From Chiloscyllium plagiosum (taxonomy: Eukaryota), in contig NC_057753.1 in the NCBI RefSeq assembly GCF_004010195.1, forward strand, positions 8,492,985-8,556,984: a stretch of DNA of 64,000 nt, read 5' to 3'. The translations under genes were made by a program, and so were the position numbers. Of the stretch, positions 1-12,605 are shown in pieces (the first letter of the stretch is position 1; the number at the start of each line of letters is the position of its first letter). The notes beneath the pieces were generated by a model. That model saw only the letters and a list, made by a program, of their open reading frames with translations. It had not been told where the DNA came from and made no database searches.

Positions 1-412
1 TTTGTGGATGAGTGTCATGCTTCTAGGAATTCCCTGGCTGTTCTTTGTTTGGCTTGCCCTATAATGGTAGTGTTGTCCCTAGTATCCACACACGCAGGCG
101 ACAAGCAACATGAATTCGACTGGGACAACACTACCATTATAGGGCAAGCCAAACAAAGAACAGCCAGGGAATTCCTAGAAGCATGACACTCATCCACAAA
201 TTCCATCAACAAACACATCAACCTGGACCCAATATACCGGCCACTACAGCGGACAGCTGAAACTGACAACCGGAAGCGGCAGGGACAGGCCACTATAAAT
301 GCCGGAGGAGAAGCGCATCACAGGAGGCTCCCAAGCACTGAGGATGTCACCTAGACAGGGGACGAAACGTTTGCAACAAAAAGTTCCAGCTCGGCGAACA
401 GAACCACAACAA
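1..412 (+). mobile_element. Penelope-like element (PLE) 3' fragment: endonuclease C-terminus plus terminal repeat with hammerhead; inverted duplication at left
   Basis: Translates HEFDWDNTTIIGQAKQRTAREFLEA*HSSTNSIN (PLE GIY-YIG C-terminus pattern). Bases 1-79 are the reverse complement of 122-200. Same family as 5460-5869 and 41331-41421. Confidence 0.75.
332..376 (+). ncRNA. Minimal type-I hammerhead ribozyme motif (PLE-associated)
   Basis: gca-CTGAGGA-t-gtc(acctagacaggg)gac-GAA-AC-GT-T-tgc: conserved core, stem II, loopless palindromic stem III (ACGT) and a 3-bp stem I. Confidence 0.7.
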
Positions 413-749
413 ATACCATTCGTCTTGCACTGTTGTACACGACAATACTTTACATTGCGTTGATTATAACCAAGCACACATGTGCTACTATATACTATTT
501 CAGTTTGCTTATTCCTAACAGCGAACACCTCCTTTTCTCAGCAAGTCTCGACAATGCGTTGGCAATTACGATTTTTCACCCTGCCACGTGAACACATTTC
601 AAATTTAATGGCTAAAATGATAAGCTCCATCGAAACAGTGCGGAATATGTTTTCCCTTGAATTTCTCCAAATATTTTATTGTGTAAAGACCAGCATATCT
701 GATTGTCTCAGACACATTACTAGCATCATAAATATATGTTATAAATTCA

Positions 750-1414
750 TTTGTGGTACATGAGCATCGCTGGCTGGCCAGTATTGAGAATCCAACCCTG
801 TTTGCCCTTGAGAAGCTGCTGGTGACCTGCCTTCTTGAATCGTTAGAGTCCATCGCTGTGGGTTGACCCACAATGCTGGTAGGGAGGGAATGCCACGATT
901 TTGACTCAATGACTTTGAAGGAACAGTGGTATATTTCCAAATCAGGATGGCGTGTGGCTTGGAGGGACCTTGATAGTGGTGGTGTCCCCAAATACCTGTT
1001 TCTTTATCCTTCTAGGTGGAAGTGGTCATGAGTTTGAAAGTTGCTGTCAAAGGATCTCTGGTGAATTTCTGCAGTGTATCTTGTAGATAGTGCACACTGC
1101 TTTTACACAGTACTCCAATCAAGTGGTTTGTTTTGTGCTGGATGGTGTCAAGTTTCTTTCGGGTTGTTGGAGCTGAACCAATCCAGGCAAGCGAAGAGTA
1201 TTCCATCACACTCTTGACTTGCGTCTTGTAGATGGTGAATACGCTTTGTGATGTCAGGAGGTGAGTTACCTCGCCGCAGTATTCCTACTCTCTAACCTGC
1301 TATTGTAGTCCCCATGTTTATGTGGTGAGTCTAGTTGAGTCTCTGGTCAATGGTAAATCAAAGAATGTTGACAGTGGAGAATTCAGTGATGGTAATATTG
1401 TTGAATGTCAAGCT
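750..1414 (-). mobile_element. CR1/L2-group non-LTR retrotransposon 3' fragment
   Basis: Minus-strand MEYSSLAWIGSAPTTRKKLDTIQ resembles a CR1/L2-group RT C-terminus; decayed. Confidence 0.55.
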
Positions 1415-4400
1415 CAAAGTCTCCTTCTCAATTATAAGCATTTCTGGTTATGAATGCTCAGCTTCCTGGAAAAGAATAACTGATAGGGCTTTCTATCTTC
1501 TCGTCATCTTCGAAGAGGACAGCATCGACACCCACATTGCACACATCGATAACCATCTTGAATAGCTTTGCATCATTAGTTGTGGCTAATACTGTTGCTG
1601 TGGTTAACATAGCTATCCCCTGTCCAATTCGTTTTGACAGTCTGCCTATATTGAGAAGTCTTGCATTTCTTTCGTAATTCAGTGAGTGGGGCAGCAACAC
1701 TGCTAAATTGCTATACGAATTTGCAATGAAACGCACTCAGTCGCAGGAATCATAGTACTGCTGATTTAGTTGATTGTATCAGAAACGCACCATAACCTTT
1801 ATTTTTGCATTGCGTGGCACCACCTGTCCATGTCCAATAACATAGCCCAGGAAGGTGACTTCCGTTTTGGCAAATTCGCATTTAGCCATGTTCATCACCA
1901 AGCCTGCCTCCCGAAATCGATCTGATGATTCTGATAAATGTTTCACATATTCATCCATGTGTGACTAAGAATAACCAGGTCATTGGTGTGAACCACACAG
2001 TTCAGGAATCCAGAAAAGACTGCATTGGTTAGTCTTTAAAATGTCTCTGGAGCATTTTTGCATACCAAATGGCATGGCTTTACACTGGTACATTATATTC
2101 AGTGTTACAAAAGCCGAAATTGTCTTCTCTTTTTGAATAAATGTACCTGCCAGTATCCTCTGAGTAAATCCAACTTAGAAATGTAAGTTGCTTGTCCCAC
2201 TTTTTCAATACAATCTTCCAAATGTGGACTCTGAAATAAAACAGAATTTGTGTTTGCGTTTATTTTGCGATAGTCCACACATGACTGTTGGATACTACCT
2301 GGTTTGGCTCCATTAGTATGGGTGAGCTCCAGTGCTCGAAACCCATTTCCATAATGTCATCTTGAGAACGCATTCAACCTCCTTTTGAAGCTGTGCCAAA
2401 TTTACAGGGCTAAATGTATAAGGAAGTTTCTTAAGTGGAGCAGAATCTCCTCTATCAACATCATGCATTATTTGATGAATACATTGTAGCTTATTTCCAC
2501 GTATCTCCCCAGACAATGACAATACCTTTCTCAGGTCTTTTCGATATTCCACTGGAAGGTAACTCAATAATTTATCCAATTTTTCAGAACTTCCTCATTG
2601 CCCAATAAAATTTGAAGAATACCCAATTCACAATCCTCTGAACTTGATTATTTACTTTGTGTTCTAATCAATGACACATGCTCCTCTTGCTTTCCGTTCA
2701 TCTCCAAATATATTTTCAGCACATTTACATGGCACACTCTGTGAGATTTCTTTCTGTCTGGAGTACTTAGCAAATAGTGCACCTCACTCAATCTCCATTT
2801 AACTTCAAATGGTTCATTCAACCTTGCTTTTAGGGGTTGACCTGCCACTGGAAGGAAAATATTATCTCCTTTAGCAAAATTGCAATTTTTTATTTCATGT
2901 TTTATCAGATGTTGTGATATTTTGAAATGGGATCTAGCCAACTCCCCCGCTCTACTTAACCATTCTCATAATTTGATACATAGTCGAAATACATGGTCTC
3001 TGAATTCCGACTCACCAGTTTCTCATTGAGCCATTTTAGCGGTCCTCTCACTTCCTGCCCAAACAACACTAATCAAAATCGACTGAATTACTTCGATTCA
3101 TTTCATTCATCTCTAATGGCAAAAAGTGCAAACGGAATTCGTATATCCCATTAAAATGCAAAGTCTTAATTATAAGCCATTAACATGTTCTTTAACGGCT
3201 GCTGCCAACTTTCTAGCGCTTTCTGCGAGTTTGGATTGTACGTAGTGGATTTCAATTGTTTTATTCCTCAGCTGTCCATGATTTCCTTGAATGACTTTTA
3301 TAGAATGTTTGACCATTGATCTGATTGTATCTCTGTGAGTATCAGTATCTAGTGAACATTTTGAGGAACATGTCCACAATCGTTATAGCTGTGATAGTGT
3401 GTAATCGAATGGCTTCGGGACATCTAGTGGACACATGCATTATTTTTATCAAATACTGATTACACGCTTTGATTTAGACAGGGGATCTATGTAAACTCAG
3501 TTAATACTCTTGCAAAAGGTTCTTGGAAAGCAGGATTAGTAGTTAATTATGCAGATGCATTAATGCCAATGGTTTTCCGATTTCCTACACTTTATGATAT
3601 TTCTGGCAAAATTCAAGGACATTCTTATGCAGTCCAGGCCATTAAAATAATTTTGTATTTTAGATTGAAATTTTCTCAGCTCTAAATAATCTCCTACTCG
3701 GAGTTAATGTGCTACCCGCAACACCTGCTTTCCATAACTCAATGGTAACACAACTTAATGAACGTCTGCCCATTTCTGACTGAATATGTGATGGTTTCCG
3801 TTTCCTCATTAAAGCATCATTTGTAAGACAGCAGCGGTAGGTACACAGTCATATTATTCTTCCATGTATGATTTTAGATAGAATTGCTTCAGTTGTAACT
3901 CAATTAATTTCTCTGATTTAAAAGATCTATGTTGTTATTCAACTGTACCTGTTTTGTCTCAATTATTTGATTAAATGAGTTTTCTGATAAATCCACTTCA
4001 ACTCTTATGTCTGTATTCTGTAATTTATCCTCCAGTTTCAACTGGTGACTGCGTGACCTCGTTAGCACACAGTCGGGAGAAATCCCAGTTTATACTTCCT
4101 GCAAGACTTCAGTTGCCTGAATTTCCACTGGGCTTTCAACCACAGTAGGCAGCTGTCCTGCCTGTGACCCAGCTGTATAGTTAACAATGACAAAGTGTAA
4201 TCTTGGAGCTGAAACTTCTTGCAGTATTTCAAATGCCATTTCCCCACTTTTCTCTGGACACTCTAACCAACCACTACATAATTGAACTCTTCTTGTCTCA
4301 CTATGAATTCGACATACTAGCATTTTTTCTTGACAATAGTCTTTCTGAGTTATATAACTCCTCATTTCTAAACATCAAAGATCGACATCATCCCGTATAT

Positions 4401-5160
4401 CTGAATGCTGTAACCTCTTTACCTGTTGCTTCTGGCCTATACCAGTAAACCTTAACCTTAATATGGTTTAAGAAGATCCAGAAATTACTCCTGGATTAAC
4501 GTTCGAACACTTTGCATATTCTGGTGCAGTTTTTTTAGCCTGCACTGTGCTTTCCTTTACCACTCCAACTAAATTCTCTCGCTTATCATAATTTCCTATA
4601 TCCGTATTCCCAGTGCATTTCCTTACCAACCAACAAGTGGCCTAATTTATTGAAGTGTTCACAGCGCAGCTTTTAACTTCTCTTTCCCCTGAACTCTGTG
4701 GTACGTTATCTTCTTTCCTTCACCGAGATCCACTTTTCGCTTATCACTTGATGATTTTTCTTTACGCCAATTTCTCTCTCTCATGGATTGAAACTGATAC
4801 TGGAAACCAAACTTTGATTTATGGACCATCTCATAATCATCAGCCATTTCAGCTGCTAATCTCGTTTTGACTCTACGTTCTTTCACATGCGTTTTCAGTG
4901 CTTCTGAAACTGAATATTTGCAATCCTCCAAATTAATTGTCCCTCTTAGATCGTCATATGCTTGCCCTTTTTTAAATCCCGAATGTACGTATCTCTTTCG
5001 TCTTTTCTTCACTTTCCTTTTCTTTTTGTTCCGCTAAAACTTTTGTGTCTTTCCATTTTTGCTCTGCTTTCAACCGTAATTCAAACTGTTCGTTCATTAC
5101 TCGCTTTCTCGCTCTTTTGCCACTAACCCAGCTGAAATCTTGAGTGTAAAGTTCTAATCT
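1415..5160 (-). mobile_element. Decayed Gmr1-like Ty3/Gypsy LTR retrotransposon internal region (gag-PR-INT-RT-RNaseH)
   Basis: Minus-strand order: gag (KTHVKERRVKTRLAAEMADDY, degraded CCHC near 4640), integrase C-terminus (LKARLNEPFEV...RVCHVNVLK, 2648-2941), RT (LPY..SPVNLAQLQKEVE, MPFG near 2065), RNase H (LTTATVLAT...VGVDAVL..DDEKIESPISY, 1458-1736). Many stops and frameshifts. Confidence 0.8.
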
Positions 5161-5459
5161 GCAGAATACTGAAGAGCTTTACGACTGTGGTTGGCGAGGT
5201 ATGTATAACAAATTTTGAATGTTCCCTGGATGAGAATTTGGAATTGTTGAATTTGAAAAGGACAAGGATAGAGACAATTTCATGGACGTTCGGTTCTTAA
5301 AATAATAACGAGTCTGGACGGAGTTGGTAAAGATACATTGTTCTTTCTAATTAAATAAGAATCGAAAATCAAAGGACACTGTTGTAAAGTGCGTTGCAAA
5401 TGAATCACTACTAGGTGGGAAAAAATACCTTCTTTCATACCACAACTATTTAGTGTGTT

Positions 5460-5869
5460 CAAAGTTTGTGAGAAGATTTGTAGCTCGGGTGCTCGTTGTT
5501 GTGGTTCTGTTCGCCGAGCGGGAAGTTTTTGTTGCAAACGTTTCGTCCCCTGTCTAGGTGACATCCTCAGTGCTTGGGAGCCTCCTGTGAAGCGCTTCTG
5601 TGGTGTTTCCTCCAGCATTTATAGTGGCCTGTCCCTGCCGCTTCCGGTTGTCAGTTTCAGCTGTCCGCTGTAGTGGCCGGTATATTGGGTCCAGGTCGAT
5701 GTGCAGCTGAAACTGACAACCGGAAGCGGCAGGGACAGACCACTATAAATGCTGGAGGAAACACCACAGAAGCGCTTCACAGGAGGCTCTCAAGCACTGA
5801 GGATGTCACCTAGACAGGGGACGAAACGTTTGCAACAAAAACTTCCAGCTCGGCAAACAACCACAGCAG
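5460..5869. mobile_element. PLE-derived inverted-repeat insert with two opposing hammerheads and a 13-bp TSD
   Basis: Arms ~5500-5663 and ~5704-5865 are reverse complements. TSD TATTTAGTGTGTT at 5447-5459 and 5870-5882. HHR motifs at ~5533-5575 (-) and ~5791-5835 (+). Confidence 0.8.
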
Positions 5870-6149
5870 TATTTAGTGTGTTGCTAGCCTGTCTGGATAT
5901 GCAGTGCAGCAAGGTTCAGATTGGATATTGAAGATGGTATTGCATGGTTGTTTAGATGAATATAATGGACAATGCCACGAGCAATTGGCGTCCAAAGGCA
6001 AGAAATCTGAAATGAATTACAATATTCAGCAAGCAGACGCAGATGCAATGGGCCTGAGGACCTGCTTCTGTACTGCAACCGTTCTACCATTCTCGTTATA
6101 GATCGTATTCATGTTGGTTCTTTTAATCCCTGCAGGATTTGAATGTACC

Positions 6150-6930
6150 CTATGAATAATGTCGTTGTATTATTTCACTGTGGAAGGAACAAATGGAATA
6201 AAGAGTACTGGACTAATGCTAAGGTTATTGGTAGTGTTGATGAGCAGGGAGATATCAGTGTCCATGTACAGCGATCCCTGAAAGTCGCCACCCAAGTTGA
6301 TAGGGTTGTTAAGAAGGTGTACGGTGTGTTAGCTTCTTGTGGTAGAGAGATTAAGTTTCAGATCCACGAGGTAATGTTGCAGCTGTAAAAAAAACTCTGA
6401 TGTGGTTCAACTTGGCGCATTGCATGCAATTCTGGTCACCACATTTCAGAAGGATGTGGCAGCTTCGGAAAGTGTTCAGAATAGGTTGACTAGGATGTTG
6501 CCTGATCCGGAGGGAACGTCTTATGAGGAAAGACTGAGGGACTGATGCTGTTTTTGTCAGAAAGAAGAAGGTTGATAGGTGATTTAATTGAAGCATATAA
6601 GGTAATCAGAGGGTTAGATCGGCCGGAAATTCATAGTTTTTTGTCTCAGCTGGTGATGGCTAGCACGTCGGGACATGGCATTATATTAAGGGGTGACAGA
6701 TATAGGGCAGATATCAGAGGTAGTTTATTTACTCAGAGAATTGTGGGAATGTTGAACGCCCAGCCAGCAACAGTAGTAGACTCTCCAACTTTAAAGGTAC
6801 TGAAATGGTCATTGGATAAACATATATATAATAATGGAATAGTGTAGGATAGATGAGTTTAGGATTGGTTTCACGGGTTGGCTCAACATCGATGGCCAAG
6901 AGGCCGTTCCGACACTGTAATGTTCTCTGT
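6150..6930 (+). mobile_element. CR1 LINE 3' fragment
   Basis: SLKVATQVDRVVKK..., RRLIGDLIEAYKVIRG, and a typical CR1 3' tail (tgtaatgttctctgttct). Confidence 0.8.
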
Positions 6931-9900
6931 TCTGCCAGATATTTATCAGGTGCTATCTTCTTCTGCTGGATAGTTGTTTATATTATTGACATGCCCTGTG
7001 TTCTCAACCCAACTTCCTATTACGCATCAGGATTAGATAGATAACAGGAAATAAAACATTGCAATAGAAGGGCACAAGAGGATGGGTAAGAATTAATGTC
7101 GAGTGCATCTTAGTAATGAGTGCCGTTGTCTCAACCCTTCACCATCTATAATCATGAATTCGACAAAAGAAATAAATGTATGCTCCAATTTCTTTTGTAT
7201 TTGATGTATAGACTTTTTGAAACGTCAGCGGTGAAGACAGCAGAGGAACTTTGCTTTGAGTCATACGAAGGTGAAATCAGTGGACAAAAATCTGGAATGT
7301 CAACTATAATGTGTGGAAAATATCAACTTCCACATTTTGTTAGTAAGAATATTAATGGTGTTTTTCTTTAATTAAATGGAGGGATGTTGCAGAACTTTAA
7401 GTTGCAGATGGTTCTGGGAGCCCGTTTTGTGAATCATCTGTTGTTGATTTGCAGGCTGAACACATGTTCAGGAAGAGAAATTAAAACGTTTTCTCCAGTG
7501 CACAAGATGTTGATGGGACGACGTCAATCGCATTGTTTACAGCTTTATACTCTCCATTTATGAAAGAATGTGAATCGGATAAAATAGGTACAGAAAATAG
7601 CCAATAAACTGAGAGCTGGAATTTGTGGGTGGGGGCTGGTGTAAGGGGTGGTGTGATTTGTCGTTATTTCACTCAGAATGTCCAATTGTCATATGGGCGT
7701 GCTATTGTATTGCAAACTGTTTAGTGACTTTTGTCCTTGGGGCAAGGATAGCTTGCATATGAAATGCACACATCTTATGTAGAAATTTCTGAAATTAGTT
7801 ACCTTGCTGTCAGCTAAATCAGGAATTCTTCAGATCTCAATTTTAATTTAATTAACTTTCTCAATGTTCTACTTGCGTTTATTGATTTTGACTTACTCTT
7901 TAAATCTGAAGTTTGCAGATAAAATTACATGCATTAGCTGAACCCACATTTCCAACTGCTGGATTAATCCTTTCAGTTCAAATTCTAAAAACTTTCTTTC
8001 AGAACTCAGCGGTAGCAGTCACACAGAAAGAATCTTTACAACTGGTCATCATTATCAAATCAGTTTATTGCAATGTCGTATATTCTGCTAAAGGGTCCAG
8101 AAAGTTCAATGATACAATGTTGGCTATCTGCCCCTCAAAATACATTCCATCAATAAGTGTCAGTCTCAGAGTACTTAGGATAGGAGGAGTTGGGGCTCGA
8201 TGAGGTCTGCGCTGAAGGATCTGCGCAGGGAATAACAACAGATTAGGTCATCTCTGGCCTGGAGTAACTGTACCTGGACAGAGTAGATTCTCTCAGAGGA
8301 CAGTTCTCAACAAGTAGCCCTGAGAGACAGCAGGGCTAATCGGGTGGTCCTTCGACGGCACTTTTTTTTTAATTAGCAGAACACAACAGTAAAGTCGGAG
8401 GCAGATCAGAAAGAGAGAAGGACGATCATGTCGTGTCTTCCTTAACAGCTCGGTTAGAGAGCAGAGTGGTCCCCAAACTACCTTAACGAGAGCCCAACAT
8501 GCTATATTGACAGGCTATTTGTCGTCTGATATCAGTGAATCTCCCGAATTCTCATCTTTGTAAACCTTCTTTAATGAATTCAGTCATATGGCATATACAT
8601 GGGTCTTAACAACCTAAAGGAACACTATCAGAAGCTTACGAACAAATCATCGACTGCTGCTCCTAGGCAACTGTAACCATAGACGCACAAAAATCAATAA
8701 AACAGTAAAAACTTATGAAAGATCAAGGATGTGCTTTTAAAATGCATTCACTGTTGTAATACAATGATCGGATCTGAGAAAATTGCATAATCAACAGATG
8801 GCTAGGTCGTATCTTAATAATTACATGCGATATTTTACTCCAAGCTTGGTGCTTTTTTGATTTTCAATTTTTAAATGCAGACAAATGAAAGACGTTCCAT
8901 TCACAACGCCAATGTGTGGGGTATGAATATCGAACTTCCATAAGTGTTCTATGTTCTATATCAATACCTTTTAACTGTGTGGCCAAATTTCAAATCATGA
9001 CTGTGTTTGCAGGGAGCTGGATATCGTTCCACTCTCACTGATTTAACAAGTCGAGAGCAGTTAGCAGATATGAGCATACAATTAGTCATGATCTTGTTAA
9101 TTACTTTATGTAATTTGTAATTTCATCGAAATCTCAAGAAACTGTTCAGTGTACGTATTTTCTTCTCAAAGCTATCGATTTAATGATACCTGCAAACTCA
9201 TGATTCGCCAGTCAGATAGTCATAATGCATCGATCCAGAGGTAACAACTATCTAAGATCCTGAAGAATTTATCGGTCTGAAGCTATATAAACATTGGAAT
9301 TGTATTTTACTGATTTCTTCTGAGCAATGTTATACTGCTAATTTCTGGTTCCACTCCTACTCATTGTGAAAAAAAGTGTCCATTTGGAATGAACGAATTG
9401 CAGAGTATTTCCGGCATAATGAAGATTTGCAGCTCTTTTATGGTCTGTTTCTAGTGTTATTTCACCAAGTGAAATTAACGCATATATCCAACATTCCTCC
9501 GGATAGCTGCTTCTGCGGTTTGTGCCAGCCAGTTGAAGACACAAACTTAGGACAAGCAGAAATAGAGTTTCTCATTTGTTGTGGAAATATATAATGTTCT
9601 GACAGGAAGGAACAGGAAACAAAACTCTGGTGTCAGGTGTATTGTTGTGCCGGTGTGTAAGCACAGTAAATTACAATCAGAGGCATTGCTGCACTTGCAT
9701 GCGTTGCTTATCTGAGCACCGATGTGGATCAGTTTGTCAGTCTTTAGAAGGAAGAAATGAACGAACATTCCCAAACTGTGGGAATCCAATGATGATAAAC
9801 TTCTGTTCCACATGAAAAAGTGGGTGTCATTACACCCGGAAGAATTGCGTGAATTTATTATTGTAAATTGGGCAGCTGAATAAACATGCCCTAAGGCACT

Positions 9901-10024
9901 AATTAAATCAACTCGCAATTTATCAATACCTTCAAGATCCTGACACTGATATCTAAACTGTACGGCATGTTGGTGATGCACGAATGAAAATTTCATCATT
10001 AAAGTATGTTGAATTTAAAAGAAA

Positions 10025-12605
10025 ATATTGAATTGAATTGAATTTATTGTCATGTGTACTGAGGCACAGTAAAAAGCTTTGTCTTGCGAGCAATGCAGCC
10101 ATATCATAGAGTTCAGTAGCATAGTTAAGTAAATAATAGGTAAACAGAGGCTAAAAAAAAAACACAGGTACAAGCGAATGTTAAGAGTTTGTGAGTCCGT
10201 TCAGTACTCTAACAACAGTAGGTTAGAAACTGTTTCGAAACCAGCTGGTGCGTGTGTTCAGGCTTCTGCATCTTCTGCCCGATAGTAGAGGTTTTAGAAA
10301 AGCGTTGACAGGGTGGGATGGATCTTTGAGCATTCTGGCGGCCTTTCCTCGACAGTGGGCCTTGTCGATGCATTCTATAGATTGGAGGTTGGCCTTTGTG
10401 GATATCCAGGCCCAGTTCACCACTCTCGGTAACCGTTTCCGATCTTGAATGGTACAGCTACCATACCAGGTAGTGATACATCCAGACAGAATGCTCTCGA
10501 TGGCGCACCTATAAACGTTGGCAAGGGTATTCGCCGTCATGCCCAAATTTCCTCAGCTGCCTGAGGAAGAAGAGACGTTGTTGGGCCTTTCTAATTAGTG
10601 CGTCCACGTGAAGAGTCCAAGAAAGCCTGTTGTGGATGACCCAGGAGCTTGACAATCTCCATTCGTTTCACCTCTGTGCTGTTAATGTGTAGGGGGCATG
10701 ACTAATGTCCTGCCCAAAGTCAATAATGAGTTCCTTTGTTTTGCCAGGTTGTTCTCAGTGCATCATTTTCCAGGTCTTGAACCTCCCGTCTGTAGTCTGT
10801 TTCGTCGTCATCTGAAATTCGACCGACTACGGTGATGTCATCAGCGAACTTGCAAATGGCATTAGTCCGGTATTTAGTGACGCAGTCATGGTATACACTG
10901 ATTACAGCAGGGGGATGAGTACGCACCCCTGGGAGGCTCCAGTTTTGAGTGTTAGTGAGGATGAAATATTGCCCCCAATTTTCACTGATTGTGGCCTGTC
11001 TGTCAGGAAACTGAGGCTACAGTTGCAGCAAGTCAGGCTTAGTCCGACATCATTAAGTTTAGTAACCACTCTCAAGGGGATGATAGTGTTGAAGGATGAA
11101 CTGTAGTGAATGAGTAGCATTCTTACGTAACTGTTTTTGGTTTCAAGATGTTCTCGGGAGCAGTGAAGGGCAAGTGATATGGAATCTGACGTATATCTTT
11201 TGGTCAAATAAGCAAATTGGAGTGGGTCAAGAGTAGTGGGGAGACTGGAATTGATTAATGCCATGACCAGCCTTTCAAAGCACTTCATGACCACCGAAGT
11301 TAGGAAGAGTGTGCTGTAGTCATTGATACATGCTGCATAAGCGTTCCTAGGCACTCTTGATGATGTTGGCACTCTTGAACCAGGCAGGAACAGTGGCCGA
11401 TATCTGAGAAGACCTTTGCCAGTTGATCTGCGCATGCTCTGAGTGCACGGCCTGAGTGCTCCATCTCGTCCCACCACGTTCCTTGGATTCACACAAAGGA
11501 AAACTGATCTGACCTCTGATTCAGTGACTGTTGGCATTGGTTCGCCAGGAGTTGTCGGAATAGGTGTTATCTCTCCGCCGAAATTCTGCTCAAAGCGAGC
11601 ATTGAAGGCGTTCAGACAATCTGGGAGGGACGTAAAATCGTCTGCTATCTTGCACTGTCTCTTTTTAGGACCTGTGATATCATTCAGCCATTGCCATAAT
11701 CGCCAGGCATCTGTCTGCTTCTCTAGTTTTGATCTGCATTGGTCCTTGGCTGTCTTATTGGCTCTACGAAGGTCATGCTGGAAACGTGCAGCAGGTCAGG
11801 CAGCATCCAAGGAGCAGGAGAATCGATGTTTCGGGCATGAGCCCTTCTTCAGGAAGAAGAAGGTACAGAAGCCTGAAGAAGGGCTCATGCCTGAAACGTA
11901 GATTCTCCTGCTCCTTGGATGCTGCCTGTTTCCAGCAACACATTTTCAGCTCTGATCTCCAGCATCTGCAGACCTCACTTTCTCCTCTGCGAAGGTCATA
12001 CTTGGATTCCTTATATTTTCGTGGGTCTCCTGCTCTGAAGACCTGAGGCCTGGTTTTTTGCAGGTTCTCTACGTCCTGACTCATCCAGGGTATTCTGAGG
12101 GGAACACCCGGATTGAATTCCTCGATATGCAGTCCTCCACACACTTGCTGGTACAGTATGTGACGGTGGTGGTGTACTCGTCCAAGATACGTGCGAACTG
12201 TTTGAACATGACCCAATCAGCCGAATAAAGACAACACTAGAGATGATCCTCTATCTCCTCCGACCAGCATTGGACCTATATCCGCGAGAGCGTCTCCTGC
12301 TTGATCTTTTACCTGTACACCAGGAGAAGAAACCCAGCATTGTGGGCAGAGTTCCCAAAATTAGGGCAGTGGATGGAGCGGTAGGCATCTTTCACAGTGG
12401 TGTTGCAGTGGTCGAATGTGTTCGTGCACCTCGTGGGGCAAGTAATGTTCTGCTGGTACTTGGACAACACCATAGTTAGATTGGCTTGATTGACGTCGCC
12501 AGTTACAGTAAACAGGACCTCGGGGTTTTCCAGCTCCAGGGTGTTAGTGATCGAGCACAGCACATCCAGAGTTTCCTCAACCTTTGTTTGCGGCAGGATG
12601 CACAC
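10025..12605 (-). mobile_element. Rex1/Babar-type non-LTR retrotransposon (decayed EN-RT, 5' truncated)
   Basis: LDPLQFAY...YVRMLLIHYSSSFNTIIP, TGASQGCVL, CKFADD, YRCAIESILSGCITTWYG. 3' end is AATAAA plus a (TTCAA)n tail at ~10027-10048. Confidence 0.8.
11777..11984. mobile_element. Short PLE-derived inverted-repeat insert with two opposing hammerheads and a 15-bp TSD, nested in the Rex1 element
   Basis: TSD ctctacgaaggtcat (11762-11776) / ctctgcgaaggtcat (11985-11999). Arms carry CTGAAGA-A-GGGC-TCAT-GCC(C/T)-GAAAC on both strands around an ~18-nt spacer. Confidence 0.8.

Noticed and set aside
1458..1736. Possible endogenous viral ORF
   Set aside because: It is the RNase H domain of the Gypsy/Gmr1-like element.
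9338..9999. 150-aa minus ORF and overlapping small ORFs in non-repetitive-looking DNA
   Set aside because: No recognisable domain, splice context or motif in the frames I translated; a BLASTx search would be needed.
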